A DNA stretch of 64,000 bases from Raja brachyura. Its lineage: Eukaryota. The position numbers and the translations under genes are program-made. The stretch spans positions 12,214,001-12,278,000 of the forward strand of contig OY740792.1 in assembly GCA_963514005.1 (NCBI GenBank), read 5' to 3'. Of the stretch, positions 38,298 through 49,643 are shown one piece after another; the stretch's first letter is position 1; each line of letters opens with the position of its first letter. Under the pieces are notes generated by a model. It saw only the letters and a program-made list of their open reading frames with translations, was not told where the DNA came from and searched no databases.

Positions 38298-38311
38298 GTT
38301 TCCATAGCAAC
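38298..38311. promoter_or_regulatory. RFX X-box motif
   Basis: GTTTCCATAGCAAC, close to the GTTGCCATGGCAAC consensus, in non-repetitive intronic sequence. Confidence 0.45.
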
Positions 38312-40149
38312 GAAACAGGCTGGAATTTTCAGACGATGAGATGTGTGAGTCTGCCATCGTCAACAAGTGGAGGTGTGGGGAGGGGAGGGAGGGGCAACGT
38401 GGCCAGCCAGGTATGTGGTAGACTGGGCGGGAGGGTGGGGAGTGGTGGCGCAGGCAAAGGTATTTGGTGGAGGTGGGGTGGTTGTTCCCAGAAATAACGA
38501 TCTGCAGATGTGCAGGAAGGAACTGCAGATGCTGTTTACACCGAAGATAGACACAAAAAAGCTGGAGTAAATCGGGCAGCATCTCTGGAGAGAAGGCATC
38601 AGGATCTGCAGATGCTGGTTTACAAACTATAAAGGCGCAAAGTGCTGGAGTAACTCAGCGGGCCAGGCAACAACCCCGGAGAACATGGATAGGTGACGTT
38701 GTTTCGGGTCGGGACCCTTCTTCAGACTCTGTTTCAAATAACTAGTGTGGGAATGATGGACTGATTAGAAGGAAGATAGGCACAAGATGCTGGAGTACCT
38801 CAGCGGATCAGGCAGCATCTCTGGAGAAGAATAGGTGACGTTTCACTCTTGAGGCCATTCATTAGATGTTAGACCGTGCCTTTTGTGAGGCTCTTTGACT
38901 GAGAGTTGTGGACCTGTACCTGTCATTCCAGTGTCCCAACCATAGGGTGGGAGGTGGAAAGCAATGGAAAGTGGTGCAATGAAAGTCCTCTTGGAAACCA
39001 CTGCTCTCTAAGGGCTGGATTTATCTTAAGACGGTAAAATGCTCTTCTGGCTGTGAATGCACTGTTAGATTACAGGCTTATAACACCAGCTTTACTGTAG
39101 ACTCAACCAAAATCAGCTTACATTCCAAGAGATTGAACAGTGCTCTATCCATAGCTCCACCCCGAGGGCTGGAGTGACCAAGAGTATCACAGAGAGTTAT
39201 CTTGATCCCACGCATTATCATTGCCTTTCCACAGGCTATGTAACTGGTACCAAGCAATACATTTTCCTTTTCACACCGTACACTTCCATATCTCTGTATC
39301 TCCCTCTTCCCTGACTCAGTCTGAACAGGGGTCTGAACCCGAAACGTCACTCATTCCTTCTATCCAGAGATGCTGCCTGTCCCTCTGCGTTACTCCAGCA
39401 TTTTGTGCCTATCTTCGGTTTATAACAGCATCTGCAGTTTCTTCCCTACATATTTCGGCTGCTCCACTGCAAAATCTCCTCAAGGTATGCCTACTTTGAA
39501 GATGTTCTCGTCCTCTCTCCGACGAGAGTTCAGCAACATCCTCTCTCGGTGCTCCCCCTCTGTGATTCCTACTGGTCTCCGACTCCACAACCACGTTTTA
39601 ACCCAGAATCGCTCGCCTCCGCCTCCGTGCCTTCTCTGGGAAGGCGTCCTCACCACCCAGTGACGACCCTTTCTCCCATCTCCACTGGTCCCCCTCCTCT
39701 TGGACTCCCGCAGACAGCCCTCTACCCTCTTTAGACCTTTTTATTTCTAACTGCCGACGTGGCATTGTCCTGGATCTCCATTCCCTTTGTCCTATTTTCA
39801 CACTTTACGCCTCCTTATCTTTGTATCTTTTGTGCCTATCTTCGGTTTAAACCAGCATCTGCAGTTCCTTTCCTGCAACCTAATTTCCCTGCAGTCTCAG
39901 AGAGAGAAGGCTCACAGAGTGTATCTGATGACGAAAAGGCTGAGACGATTCACTGTGTCACGTTACAGCCCAGGCAACAAGGGCAAACTCTTCTGTTGGA
40001 GGAACTCAACAGGTCAGGCAACATCTGTGGAAGGAAATGGACAGGTGGCATTTCAGGTCGGGACCTGTCTTCAGTGTGAAGAAGAACTTTGTCTGTCCAT
40101 TTTCTTTCATAGATGGCGCAAGGCTTGGTGCTGGGACCACAGCTGTTTA

Positions 40150-41067
40150 CAATATACATGAAGGGATTAAAAGTAACATTAGCAAATTTGCAGATGACCC
40201 AAAGCTGGATGGCAGTGTGAACTGTGAGAAGGATGCTACGAGGATGCAGGGTGACTTGAACAGGTTGGGTGAGTGGGCAGATGCATGGCAGATGCAGTTT
40301 GTTGTAGATAAATGTGAGGTTATCCACTTTGGTGGCAAGAACGGGAAGGCAGATTATTATCTGAATGGTGTCAAGTTAGGAAAAGGGATAGTACAACGAG
40401 ATTTGAGTGGCCTTGTACATCAGTCACTGAAACTAAGCATGCAGGTACAGCAGGCAGTGAAGAAAGCTAATGGCATGTTGGCCTTCATAACATGAGGAGT
40501 TGAGTATAAGAGCAAAGATGTCCTTCTGCATTTGTACAGGGCCCTGGTGAGCCCACACCAGGAGTATTGTGTGCAATTTTGGTCCTCAAATTTGAGGGCG
40601 TGCAGCTTAGGTTCACGAGGTTAATTCCCGGGATGGCGGTACTGTCGTACTGTCATATGTTGAATGGGGCGACTGGGTGAGAGGAGATCTTATTGAAACA
40701 TATAAAATTATTAAGGGATTGGACACGCTTGGACACTAAACATGTTCCTGCTGTTGGGGGAGTCCAGAACTAGGGGCCACAGTTTAAGAATATGGGGTAG
40801 GCCATTTAGAACGTAGTGCGGATAAACATTTTCACCCAGAGTTGTGAATCTGTGGAATTCTCTGCCTCAGAAGGCAGTGGAGGCCGATTTTCTGGATGCT
40901 TTCAAGAGAGAGTTAGATAGAGCTCTTAAAGATAGCGGAGTCAAGGGATATGGGGAGAAGGAAGGAACGGGGTACTGATTGTTGATGGTGAACCATGATC
41001 ACAGTGAATGGTGGTGCTGGCTCCTAGGGCCGAATGGCCTACTCCTGCACCTATTGTCTATTGTCTA
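40150..41067 (+). mobile_element. Degenerate CR1 RT/3' fragment
   Basis: ISKFADD...WQMQF...KCEVIHFG motifs and a CR1 tail. Confidence 0.88.
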
Positions 41068-41254
41068 ATGACTGACCCATTGAGTTCCTCCAGCAATTTG
41101 TTCTTTACTCACGATTCTAGCATTTGCAGTCTCTTGTGTCTCTGGGGAAAATACTCTCCCCAACTCGCTTTGACTGCAGTACAAATCCATCCTCACAGCA
41201 ATAAATTGTTACAATTATAATGAGGGGGACCACATTGACATTTACCGAATGGTT

Positions 41255-42260
41255 ACAAGACTGGATAGTGTGAATGCGGAGAGGATGTTTCCTGTAGTGG
41301 GAGAGTCTAGAACCAGAGGGCATATCCTCAGAATTGTGGGACATACCTTTGGAATGGAGATGAAAAGGAATTTATTTCACCAGAGAATGGTGAATCTGTG
41401 GAATTCATAGAAACATAGAAACATAGAAAAATAGGTGCAGGAGTAGGCCATTCGGCCCTTCGAGCCTGCACCGCCATTCAATGTCATCATGGCTGATCAT
41501 CCAACTCAGTATCCCGTACCTGCCTTCTCTCCATACCCTCTGATACCTTTAGCCACAAGTGCCACATCTAACGCTCTCTTAAATATAGCCAACGAACTGG
41601 CCTCAACTACCTTCTGTAGCAGAGAATTCCAGAGACTCACCACTCTCTGTGGAAATAATGTTTTCCTCATCTCGGTCCTAAAGGAATTCCCCCATATCCT
41701 TAGACTGTGACCCCTTGTTCTGGACTCCCCCAACATCGGGAACAATCTTCCAGCATCTAGCTTGTCCAACCCCTTAAGAATTTTGTAAGTTTCTATAAGA
41801 TCCCCCCTCAATCTTCTAAATTCCAGCGAGTACAAGCCGAGTCTATCCAGTCTTTCCTCATATGAAAGTCCTGACATCCCAGGAATCAGTCTGGTGAATC
41901 TTCTCTGTACCCCCTCTATGGCAAGGATGTCTTTCCTCAGATTTGGAGACCAAAACTGTACTCAATACTCCAGGTGTGGCCTCACCAAAACCCTGTACAA
42001 CTGCAGTAGAACCTCCCTGCTCCTATACTCAAATCCTTTCGCTATGAATGCTAACATACCATTTGCCTCCACAGACGGCTGTGGAGGCCAAGTCAATGGA
42101 TATTTTTAAGGCGGAAATTTGCAGATTCTTGATTAGGATGGCTGTCATGGTTGTGGGGAGAAGGCAGGAGAATGGGGTTGAGAGGGAAAGATAGATCAGC
42201 CATGATTGAATGGCAGAGTAAACTTGATGAGCTGAATGGCCAAATTCTGCTCCTGGGATT
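41255..42260. mobile_element. Nested CR1s: minus-strand copy 41407-42065 inside an older plus-strand copy
   Basis: ORF 41506-41877; the host breaks at gtggaattca| and resumes at ccacagacggctgtggagg. Confidence 0.85.
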
Positions 42261-42851
42261 TTTTTTTTTTTAATTTAACGTTTATTTAACCAGGAGAAGT
42301 CTCATTGAGATTAAAAATCTCTTTTACAATAGAGTCCTGGCCAAGAACATGAATCGTACATCTCTTTGTATTCTCACTTTCTAACCAGAATAGACTGTAC
42401 AACTCATCTTCGGCACAAAATGCTGGAGTAACTCGGCGGGACACACAGCATCTCTGGAGAGAAGGAATGGGTGAAGACGGGTCTTGACCCGAAACATCAC
42501 GCGTTCCCTCTCTCCAGAGATGCTGCCTGTCCCGCTGAGTTACTCCAGCATTTTGTGCCGACCTTCGATTTAAACCATCATCTGCATTTCTTTCCCACAC
42601 ATACAACTCATCTTATTTTAAATTGGATGCTACGGAAATTTCCCATTGTAACCCTGGCCTCACTTTCTCACACATATTCACTTTGGCCTATTCATCCCCC
42701 CAATTTTTCTGCAACATAAAACCAACTTGTTTTCCCTTTTTCCCCAGAGACGCTGCCTCCGTTTCTCTTCCCACACTTGTTCACTGTTTGTAGCACTTTC
42801 TGTTTTTATTTCAGACTTCCAGATTTAGATTTTCTTTTAATTTTCATTCAG

Positions 42852-42903
42852 CGCTGACCTTTGGAACGTACTACCTGAGGAGTCTGATGAATTCGATTCA
42901 ATG
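42852..42903 (+). CDS. IGSF5: Candidate cytoplasmic exon (ADLWNVLPEESDEFDSM), phase 2-0
   Basis: Strong acceptor tttcttttaattttcattcag| and donor ATG|gtaaca. Open frame joining the terminal exon in phase 0; needs a phase-2 upstream partner. Confidence 0.4.
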
Positions 42904-43374
42904 GTAACAATTGAAAGGCAACGGGATAGGTGGTGAAGTGGAGGTATTGAGGAAACACTTTTTCACACGGAGAGTTGTGAGTCTGTGGAATTCTCTGCCT
43001 CAGAGGGCGGTGGAGGCCAGTTCTCTGGATACTTTCAAGAGAGAGCTGGATAGGGCTCTTAAAGATAGCGGATATGGGGAGAAGGCAGGAATGGGATACT
43101 GATTGTGGATGATCAGCCATGATCACATTGAATGGCGGTGCTGGCTCGGAGGGCCGAATGGTCTACTCCCGCACCTATTGTCTATTGGACTTATTTGCCG
43201 GGTTACGTGTATCTTGCTCTGGGTCAGACTGAAGCAGACAGCTCCAGCAAAGCTTCAGAAGGCTGGCACGCAGAATGGCGCACCTATTATCCGTGAGATA
43301 CTATTAAGCAATATCACAATGAAGTACACCCACAGATAAGCACTCTCTCACATGCAACTTACTGATGTACATTG

Positions 43375-43598
43375 ACATAAAAAGCTGGAGTAACTCAGCG
43401 GGACAGGCAGCATCTCTCGAGAGAAACAACGGGTGATATTTTGGGTCGAGATCCTTCAGGCACTAGTCTGAAAAAGGGTCTCGACCTGAAACGCCACCCA
43501 CTCCTTCTCTCCAGAGATGCTGCCTGACCCGCTGAGTTACTCCAGCTTTTTGTGTCTATCTTTGGTTTAAACCAGCATCTGCAGTTCCTTCCTACACA
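43375..43598. mobile_element. Palindromic Penelope-derived non-autonomous repeat (representative of many copies, e.g. 1160-1380, 25860-25980, 30740-30845, 39300-39450, 51575-51750)
   Basis: aaaagctggagtaactcagcggg...cccgctgagttactccagctttt inverted arms around ctgaa(g/a)aagggtctcgacc(c/t)gaaacg. Confidence 0.75.
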
Positions 43599-43974
43599 TA
43601 CTTATGTACATCTTAGAAACAAGGAACTGCATATGCCAGTTTACAAAGTGCTGGAGTAAAACTCAGTTGCTCAGGCAGCATCTCTGCAGACCAGGGATAG
43701 CTGACATTTTGGGTCTCGACAACAAAACCCTCATCTGTATCGATCTGCCAGGCTTTATCCTGCCCCTCTTCTCTTCCAGATGACTTCTCCCCCTAGTTTG
43801 AAGAAGGATCTTGACCCAAAACTCCACCTATCCATGTCGTCCAAAGAAGCTGCCTGACCTGCTGAGTTACTCCAGCACTATGTGCCTTTTCACATGCAAC
43901 TTACCCATACAGAGATAGCCCACACTCCTCCCTAAACTCCTCCCACGCACACGTACCACACATGGCAATGCCAC

Positions 43975-44745
43975 ACATTAGCTGGTTAAAAAGCTCTCAC
44001 AAAGAAATGGTTATCACAGGAGAGCCCAACTCTGAATGCATGGATGGACATCACAATGGACATTTATAAAATGGAGAAAGTAACAGCATATGTTAACTTT
44101 AAACTGGATTTATTAGTATCACGCTGGGAAAATTGGTTTAACTATGTAACGCCTCAAAGGCCAGACTTTATTTTAATGAATTTTTGATTATATGGTAAAG
44201 AAAGCATTACTCCCTAAATGTTTGTATTTTATTGTGATCCTGTTTCTATATTTGTTTTGTACAAATCTCAAAAAGAGGCAATTCATAGAAACATAGAAAT
44301 TAGGTGCAGGAGTAGGCCATTCGGCCCTTCGAGCCTGCACCGCCATTCAATATGATCATGGCTGATCATCCAAATCAGTATCCCGTACCTGCCTTCTCTC
44401 CATACCCTCTGATCCCCACAAGGGCCACATCTAACTCCCTCTTAAATATAGCCAATGAACTGGCCTCAACTACCCTCTGTGGCAGAGAGTTCCAGAGACC
44501 CACCACTCTCTGTGTGAAAAAAGTCCTTCTCATCTCAGTCCTAAAGGATTTCCCCCTTAAACTTAAGCTGTGACCCCTTGTCTTGGACCTCCCCAACATT
44601 GGGAACAACATCGGGAACAACATCGAGACCCAAAATTCAAGACAAACATAAGTGGATGATGTATACATATAGTATTATACGTGACAGCCGTTTTATGGAA
44701 ATGTGTTTGTTGTGGAATGTCAATAAAAGAGTATATTAAATAAAA
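43975..44745 (+). mobile_element. L1/Tx1-clade 3' end interrupted by a CR1 (44286-44625, minus strand)
   Basis: KALTKKWLSQESPTLNAWMDITMDIYKMEKVT...WENW, followed by a UTR and aataaa. Confidence 0.7.
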
Positions 44746-44749
44746 GGAA

Positions 44750-45230
44750 ATGCCACACACTCACACGCTCATGCACCTACGAAAAACATTGAGACATAAA
44801 ACCCACACGTGCATATACCACATCATGTGCACACGCACGCAGACACACACACACATGCACACACATACCACATTCCAGACCCAGAAATGCCCCACACCCA
44901 CACACCATTTACACGCATATATCGTATGCATGTGCACTGGCACGCACTCATACAAATAGGTCGAAGCATTAAACCCACACATACTGTACATGTACTATAT
45001 CTCTCTCATGTACACATGCCGGTGCATGTGTGCACACATAAACCCACAAATGCGCACACACTCACATACATACAAACACACACATATGCACACACACACA
45101 CTCCTTCACACTCTCTCACACCCACCCATACACACACACTGATACACGCGCTCATGCACACACACTCACTCACACATACATACCCCACACACACAAACAC
45201 ACATGCGCGCACAAACACACACATACAGCT
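44750..45230 (+). repeat. Degenerate (CA)n-rich tract
   Basis: Direct inspection; explains the His/Thr-rich and Cys/Val-rich ORFs. Confidence 0.9.
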
Positions 45231-45364
45231 ACAAAGTGTAAAATATTTCCAGGAGCCAATCCAATAAAATTGTATTCCATCCCTTCTGAGGCAAATAGGT
45301 TCCTACCTTGTCTGGAAAGCCTTAGTTATTGTGTCCTTTCTCTCTCCTTTCTTGTGTCAAACAG

Positions 45365-45472
45365 ACCCCTGCAGCTCCAGCTGGTCATTACGGAGTCCAG
45401 GAGAGAACACAAAGTAAACCGATGAACATTCCCAGTAGCCCACGGAAAATAAGACACGTGACTGTCGTATGA
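45365..45472 (+). CDS. IGSF5: IGSF5-like terminal coding exon with C-terminal PDZ-binding motif (…PSSPRKIRHVTVV*)
   Basis: Long polypyrimidine acceptor ...ctttcttgtgtcaaacag|; phase 0; TGA at 45470-45472. The C-terminus matches the recalled IGSF5/JAM4 ending (K-x-R-x-x-T-x-V). Confidence 0.85.
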   Translation, partial: TPAAPAGHYGVQERTQSKPMNIPSSPRKIRHVTVV

Positions 45473-45634
45473 TGGATTGTGCCAGAGAGGGATTTTTGTA
45501 TTTCATGTTTTTATTTAGGATTTTTATTTTTGTTTTGTCAATAGCAATCGAATTTGCACTGGAAGTATTTAGAATCTGCATATTTCCTGGTCACTCACTC
45601 GTGGGTTGAAACGATGGATTCCCAGCCAGAGCAG

Positions 45635-45640
45635 AATAAA
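45635..45640 (+). terminator. Candidate polyadenylation signal of IGSF5
   Basis: AATAAA about 160 nt downstream of the stop codon. Confidence 0.4.
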
Positions 45641-45948
45641 TCTGACGCTCTCCACCGCACCTGTGTGACAGAAACAAACCTAAACTCAGGGATAGTGATT
45701 TATTTTCTCTCCCACAAAGCGGTTCATCGAATGAAGGCCAAAACCCACTTCTTATCGCTTGTGTTCTTTGGAGTGTCATTTATTTAAATTGTTCGCTAAT
45801 CACAGTGGACTGCTGCCGAAGAAACGGGATTGAAGTTGACCTTGCACTTTCACTTCCAGAATCAATTCCAAGGTCCACTTGCACCGTCAGACTGTCAGCC
45901 AGCACTATCCTCCAGTAGGAGAAATGTCATCCCTGCCGTAAAGCTTAA

Positions 45949-46462
45949 AGGGCCTGTCCCACGAGCATGCGACCTGCATGCGGCAAGCGCGACCAAACCG
46001 GAAGCGGGGGTCGTGCGGAGGTCGAGTGATCCACGTACAGGGCCGGGTCCCACCAGCATGTGTCTGCATGCGGCGAGCGCGACCAAACCGGAAGCGGGGC
46101 CTGCGCGGAGGTCGGGTGAGTGACGTGAATTTGGAGCAAAGTCCGCGGGAAGTGCGGGGACAGAGAGGGACATGGAGGCACACACAGAGTGAGACACAGG
46201 CACGCAGATAGGGACACGGAGGCACGATGTCGAGGCGGTGCGCACGGCGTCGAGGCGGCTGCGGGCCGACAGGCCGTTGCCGCGCGGAATTTTTGAACAC
46301 AGTCAGTTTTTCGGAGCCCCGCGCGATGTCGGAACCAGCTCCGCATAACTCCATATGGCTCCGGCGATCGAAGTGGGACCGGCCCCGCGAGGCCGTACGG
46401 CTTAAGCTACCACGTTAGGTCGCGCTTGCCGCATGGAGTCGCATGCTGGTGGGACAGGCCCT
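45949..46462. mobile_element. PIF/Harbinger-type MITE (CpG-rich)
   Basis: TIR AGGGCCTGTCCCAC..GCATGCGAC / GTCGCATGC..GTGGGACAGGCCCT; the TSD is imperfect. Confidence 0.75.
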
Positions 46463-47722
46463 CTTGGTACTGCCTCCACATCCACTCCTGATCAGGTTGG
46501 CTGCCTCCAGCCTCTTATTACCCTGACGCTAACATTCAAACTCTTTGAGAGACACAAAAAGCTGGAGGAACTCAGCGGGTCAGGCACCAACTCTGGAGCA
46601 AAGGAATGGGTGACGTTTCAGGTCGAGAGCTTTCTTCAGATCCAAAGACAATGCCACCTACTCCTTTTCTCCAGAGATGCTGCCTGACCCGCTGAGTTAT
46701 TTCGGCTTTATGTGTGTCTTATCTTTGGTTTAAACTAGCATCTGCAGTTCTATCCTGCACATTGAAACTCTATTCGATTCCAACTTCTTTGATCTATTTA
46801 TCACCATGACAACAGGGCAGTACGGTGGCACAGCGGTAGAGCTGCAACCTCACAGCGCCAAAGATCTGGGTTCGATCCTGACCTCCGATGCTGTCTGTGT
46901 GGAGTTTGCATGTTCTCCCTGTGACCGTGTGGGCTTTCTCCAGGTGTTTTGGTTTCCTGCCACACTTCAAAGAGGTGTGGGTTTGTGGGTGAATTGGCCC
47001 AGTAAATTTAGTTTAGTTCATGAATTTAGATTATTATTGTCACGTGTACCGTATAATGTTTTTTTGGTACTTACTATTCAGTCAGCGAAAGGATTATTCA
47101 TGATTACAATCATGCTGTTCAGAGTGTACAGATACAGGATAAAGGGCATCATGTTTAGTGCAAGATAAATTGCCCCAGATATATGGGGAATAGATGAGAA
47201 AGTGGGATAAGATAACAACTAGAGTGAACAGATGTCGTCATGGACCAGGTGGGTCGCAAGGCCTGTTTCCGTGCTATATCTCTAAACTAACCTTGTTTTA
47301 GCTGCCCCTATTTCTTTGCCTTTCCCGTTCACAGCGATAAACTGTTACAGGAGCCACTTCTCTATGTGCCGCCCCATCTCCCCACAACCCACAGTAGGTT
47401 TGCAATCTGTGGAACCAGATTCCATTTATATAATGCCTTTCTCTAGCTCTGTGCATCAGCCTGTGAAGAACCTTTTGAAATACAGTCACTCATAATTTTG
47501 GAGGTGCAGCCATTGTAAGTATCTGCTGACAGAAATAATCACAATGGCCAGAGAACGGTGGACAATAATTGTTCCCTGGCTTCCTGCTCGGAATATGTCC
47601 CATGGTGCTGCTCCCTGCTTTTGCATAAGTCAACGGACAGGAAGTACCATTCGTAAAGGCTCCTGCAGCACAGTTGTTTAGCAACTTTCCTCCAGGGTGG
47701 AGCTCTTGGCTGAGCTGCCTTA

Positions 47723-48311
47723 AGGGCCTGTCCCACCAGCATGCAACTCTATGCAATTAACGCGACCTAACGTGGTCGCTTGAGCCGTCCGGCGTCGTGG
47801 GGCCGGTCCCACTTCGATCGCCGGAGCCGCGCGGAATTGTGCGGAGTTCGTCCCGAGTTCGTCCCAACACCGCGCGGGGCTCCGAAAAACCGACTATGTC
47901 CAAAAATCCCGCGCGGCAACAGCTTGTCGGCTCGCAGTCGCCTCGACATTTACACACCGCCCGGACATCGTGCCTCCGTGAACCTATTTGTAAGTGCATC
48001 CGTGACCCTCTATGTGTGTGGCTCCGTGGCCCTGTATGTGTGTGTGTCTCGGTGCCCCTCTCTGTGTGCCCCTCTACGTCCTGGCGAACTTACCTTGAAC
48101 TTGCTTCAAGTTCGCCTCGCTTTGCGCCGCGTTGTGCCACTCAACCAACCTCATCGCGGCCCTCGCTGCCGGTTTAGTTGCGCTTGCCGCATGCAGGCGC
48201 ATGCTGGTGGGACCAGCCCCGTAGAGGGGATCACCCGACCTCCGCGCGGCCCCCGCTGCCGGTTTAATCGCGCTAATCGCATAGAGTTGCATGCTGGTGG
48301 GACAGGCCCTT
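47723..48311. mobile_element. PIF/Harbinger-type MITE, inverted relative of 45949-46462
   Basis: TIR AGGGCCTGTCCCACCAGCATGCAACTCTATGC; TTA flanks; the interior is a reverse-complement homolog of the previous copy. Confidence 0.78.
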
Positions 48312-48888
48312 TTAGTGTTATTGAGAAGAAGCAGCCCTGGCATTATACAGAAAGCTCTGCTTTGAAAAGCGGGCGCCCGCCTTCAGATTATCCAGCTCAG
48401 CCGATGAAGACGAGGGAGAAATACCCAGTTGATTTAGTCCTTGGCTTCCTGTTGATTGTCAGTATGTTGACAGGGTTGCCCGAAAAATCAACGTTAATGT
48501 TTATCCCACTGTACTGTATTTCCTACTGAGCTATTGAGTAGTTAATAAATATATTTTGTATACTTGCAAACTGTTTCTGTGTGTGGACCTTTCTCAATTG
48601 GCCATGACTAAGATTAGTGTTTAAGAAGGAACTGCAGATGCTGGAAAATCGAAGGTAGACAAAAAGGCTGGAGAAACTCAGCGGGTGCAGCAGCATCTAT
48701 GGAGCGAAGGAAATTGGCAACGTTTCGGGCCGAAACCCTTCTTCAGACTAAGATTAGTGATTTGTTATGTTATACAGTGATGAGGGAAAATATGTAAGTA
48801 AAATTATGCATCTGAATTGTATTATAATTATGAAGAATCATAGGGTAGACAGTCAGAACCTTTTTCCAGGGTGGAAATGTCCAACACT

Positions 48889-49643
48889 TGATTATAACCA
48901 TATAACCATATAACAATTACAGCACGGAAACAGGCCATCTCGGCCCTTCAAGTCCGTGCCGAACAACGTTTTTCCCTTAGTCCCACCTGCCTGCACTCAT
49001 ACCATAACCCTCCATACCCTTCTCATCCATATGCCAATCCAATTTATTTTTAAATGATACCAACGAACCTGCCGCCACCACTTCCACTGGAAGCTCATTC
49101 CACACCGCTACCACTCTCTGAGTAAAGAAGTTCCCCCTCATGTTACCCCTAAACTTCTGTCCCTTAATTCTAAAGTCATGTCCTCTTGTTTGAATCTTCC
49201 CTATTCTCAAAGGGAAAAGCTTGTCCACATCAACTCTGTCTATCCCTCTCATCATTTTAAAGACCTCTATCAAGTCCCCCCTTAACCTTCTGCACTCCAG
49301 AGAATAAAGACCTAACTTATTCAACCTATCTCTGTAACTTAGCTGTTGAAACCCAGGCAACATTCTAGTAAATCTCCTCTGTACCCTCTCTATTTTGTTG
49401 ACATCGTTCCTATAATTGGGCGACCAAAATTGTACACCATACTCCAGATTTGGTCTCACCAATGCCTGGTACAATTTTAACATTACATCCCAGCTTCTAT
49501 ACTCAATGCTCTGATTTATAAAGGCTAGCATACCAAAAGCTTTCTTTACCACACTATCTATATGAGATTCCACCTTCAAGGAACAATGCACGGTTATTCC
49601 CAGATCCCTCTGTTCAACTGTATTCTTCAATTCCCTACCATTT
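48889..49643 (-). mobile_element. CR1 3' fragment, same young subfamily as 4674-6548
   Basis: ORF 48977-49630 is nearly identical to the C-terminal half of 4758-5954 and has the same tail. Confidence 0.92.

Noticed and set aside
47780-48529. 249-aa ORF
   Set aside because: Mostly within a GC-rich MITE, with no transposase motifs.
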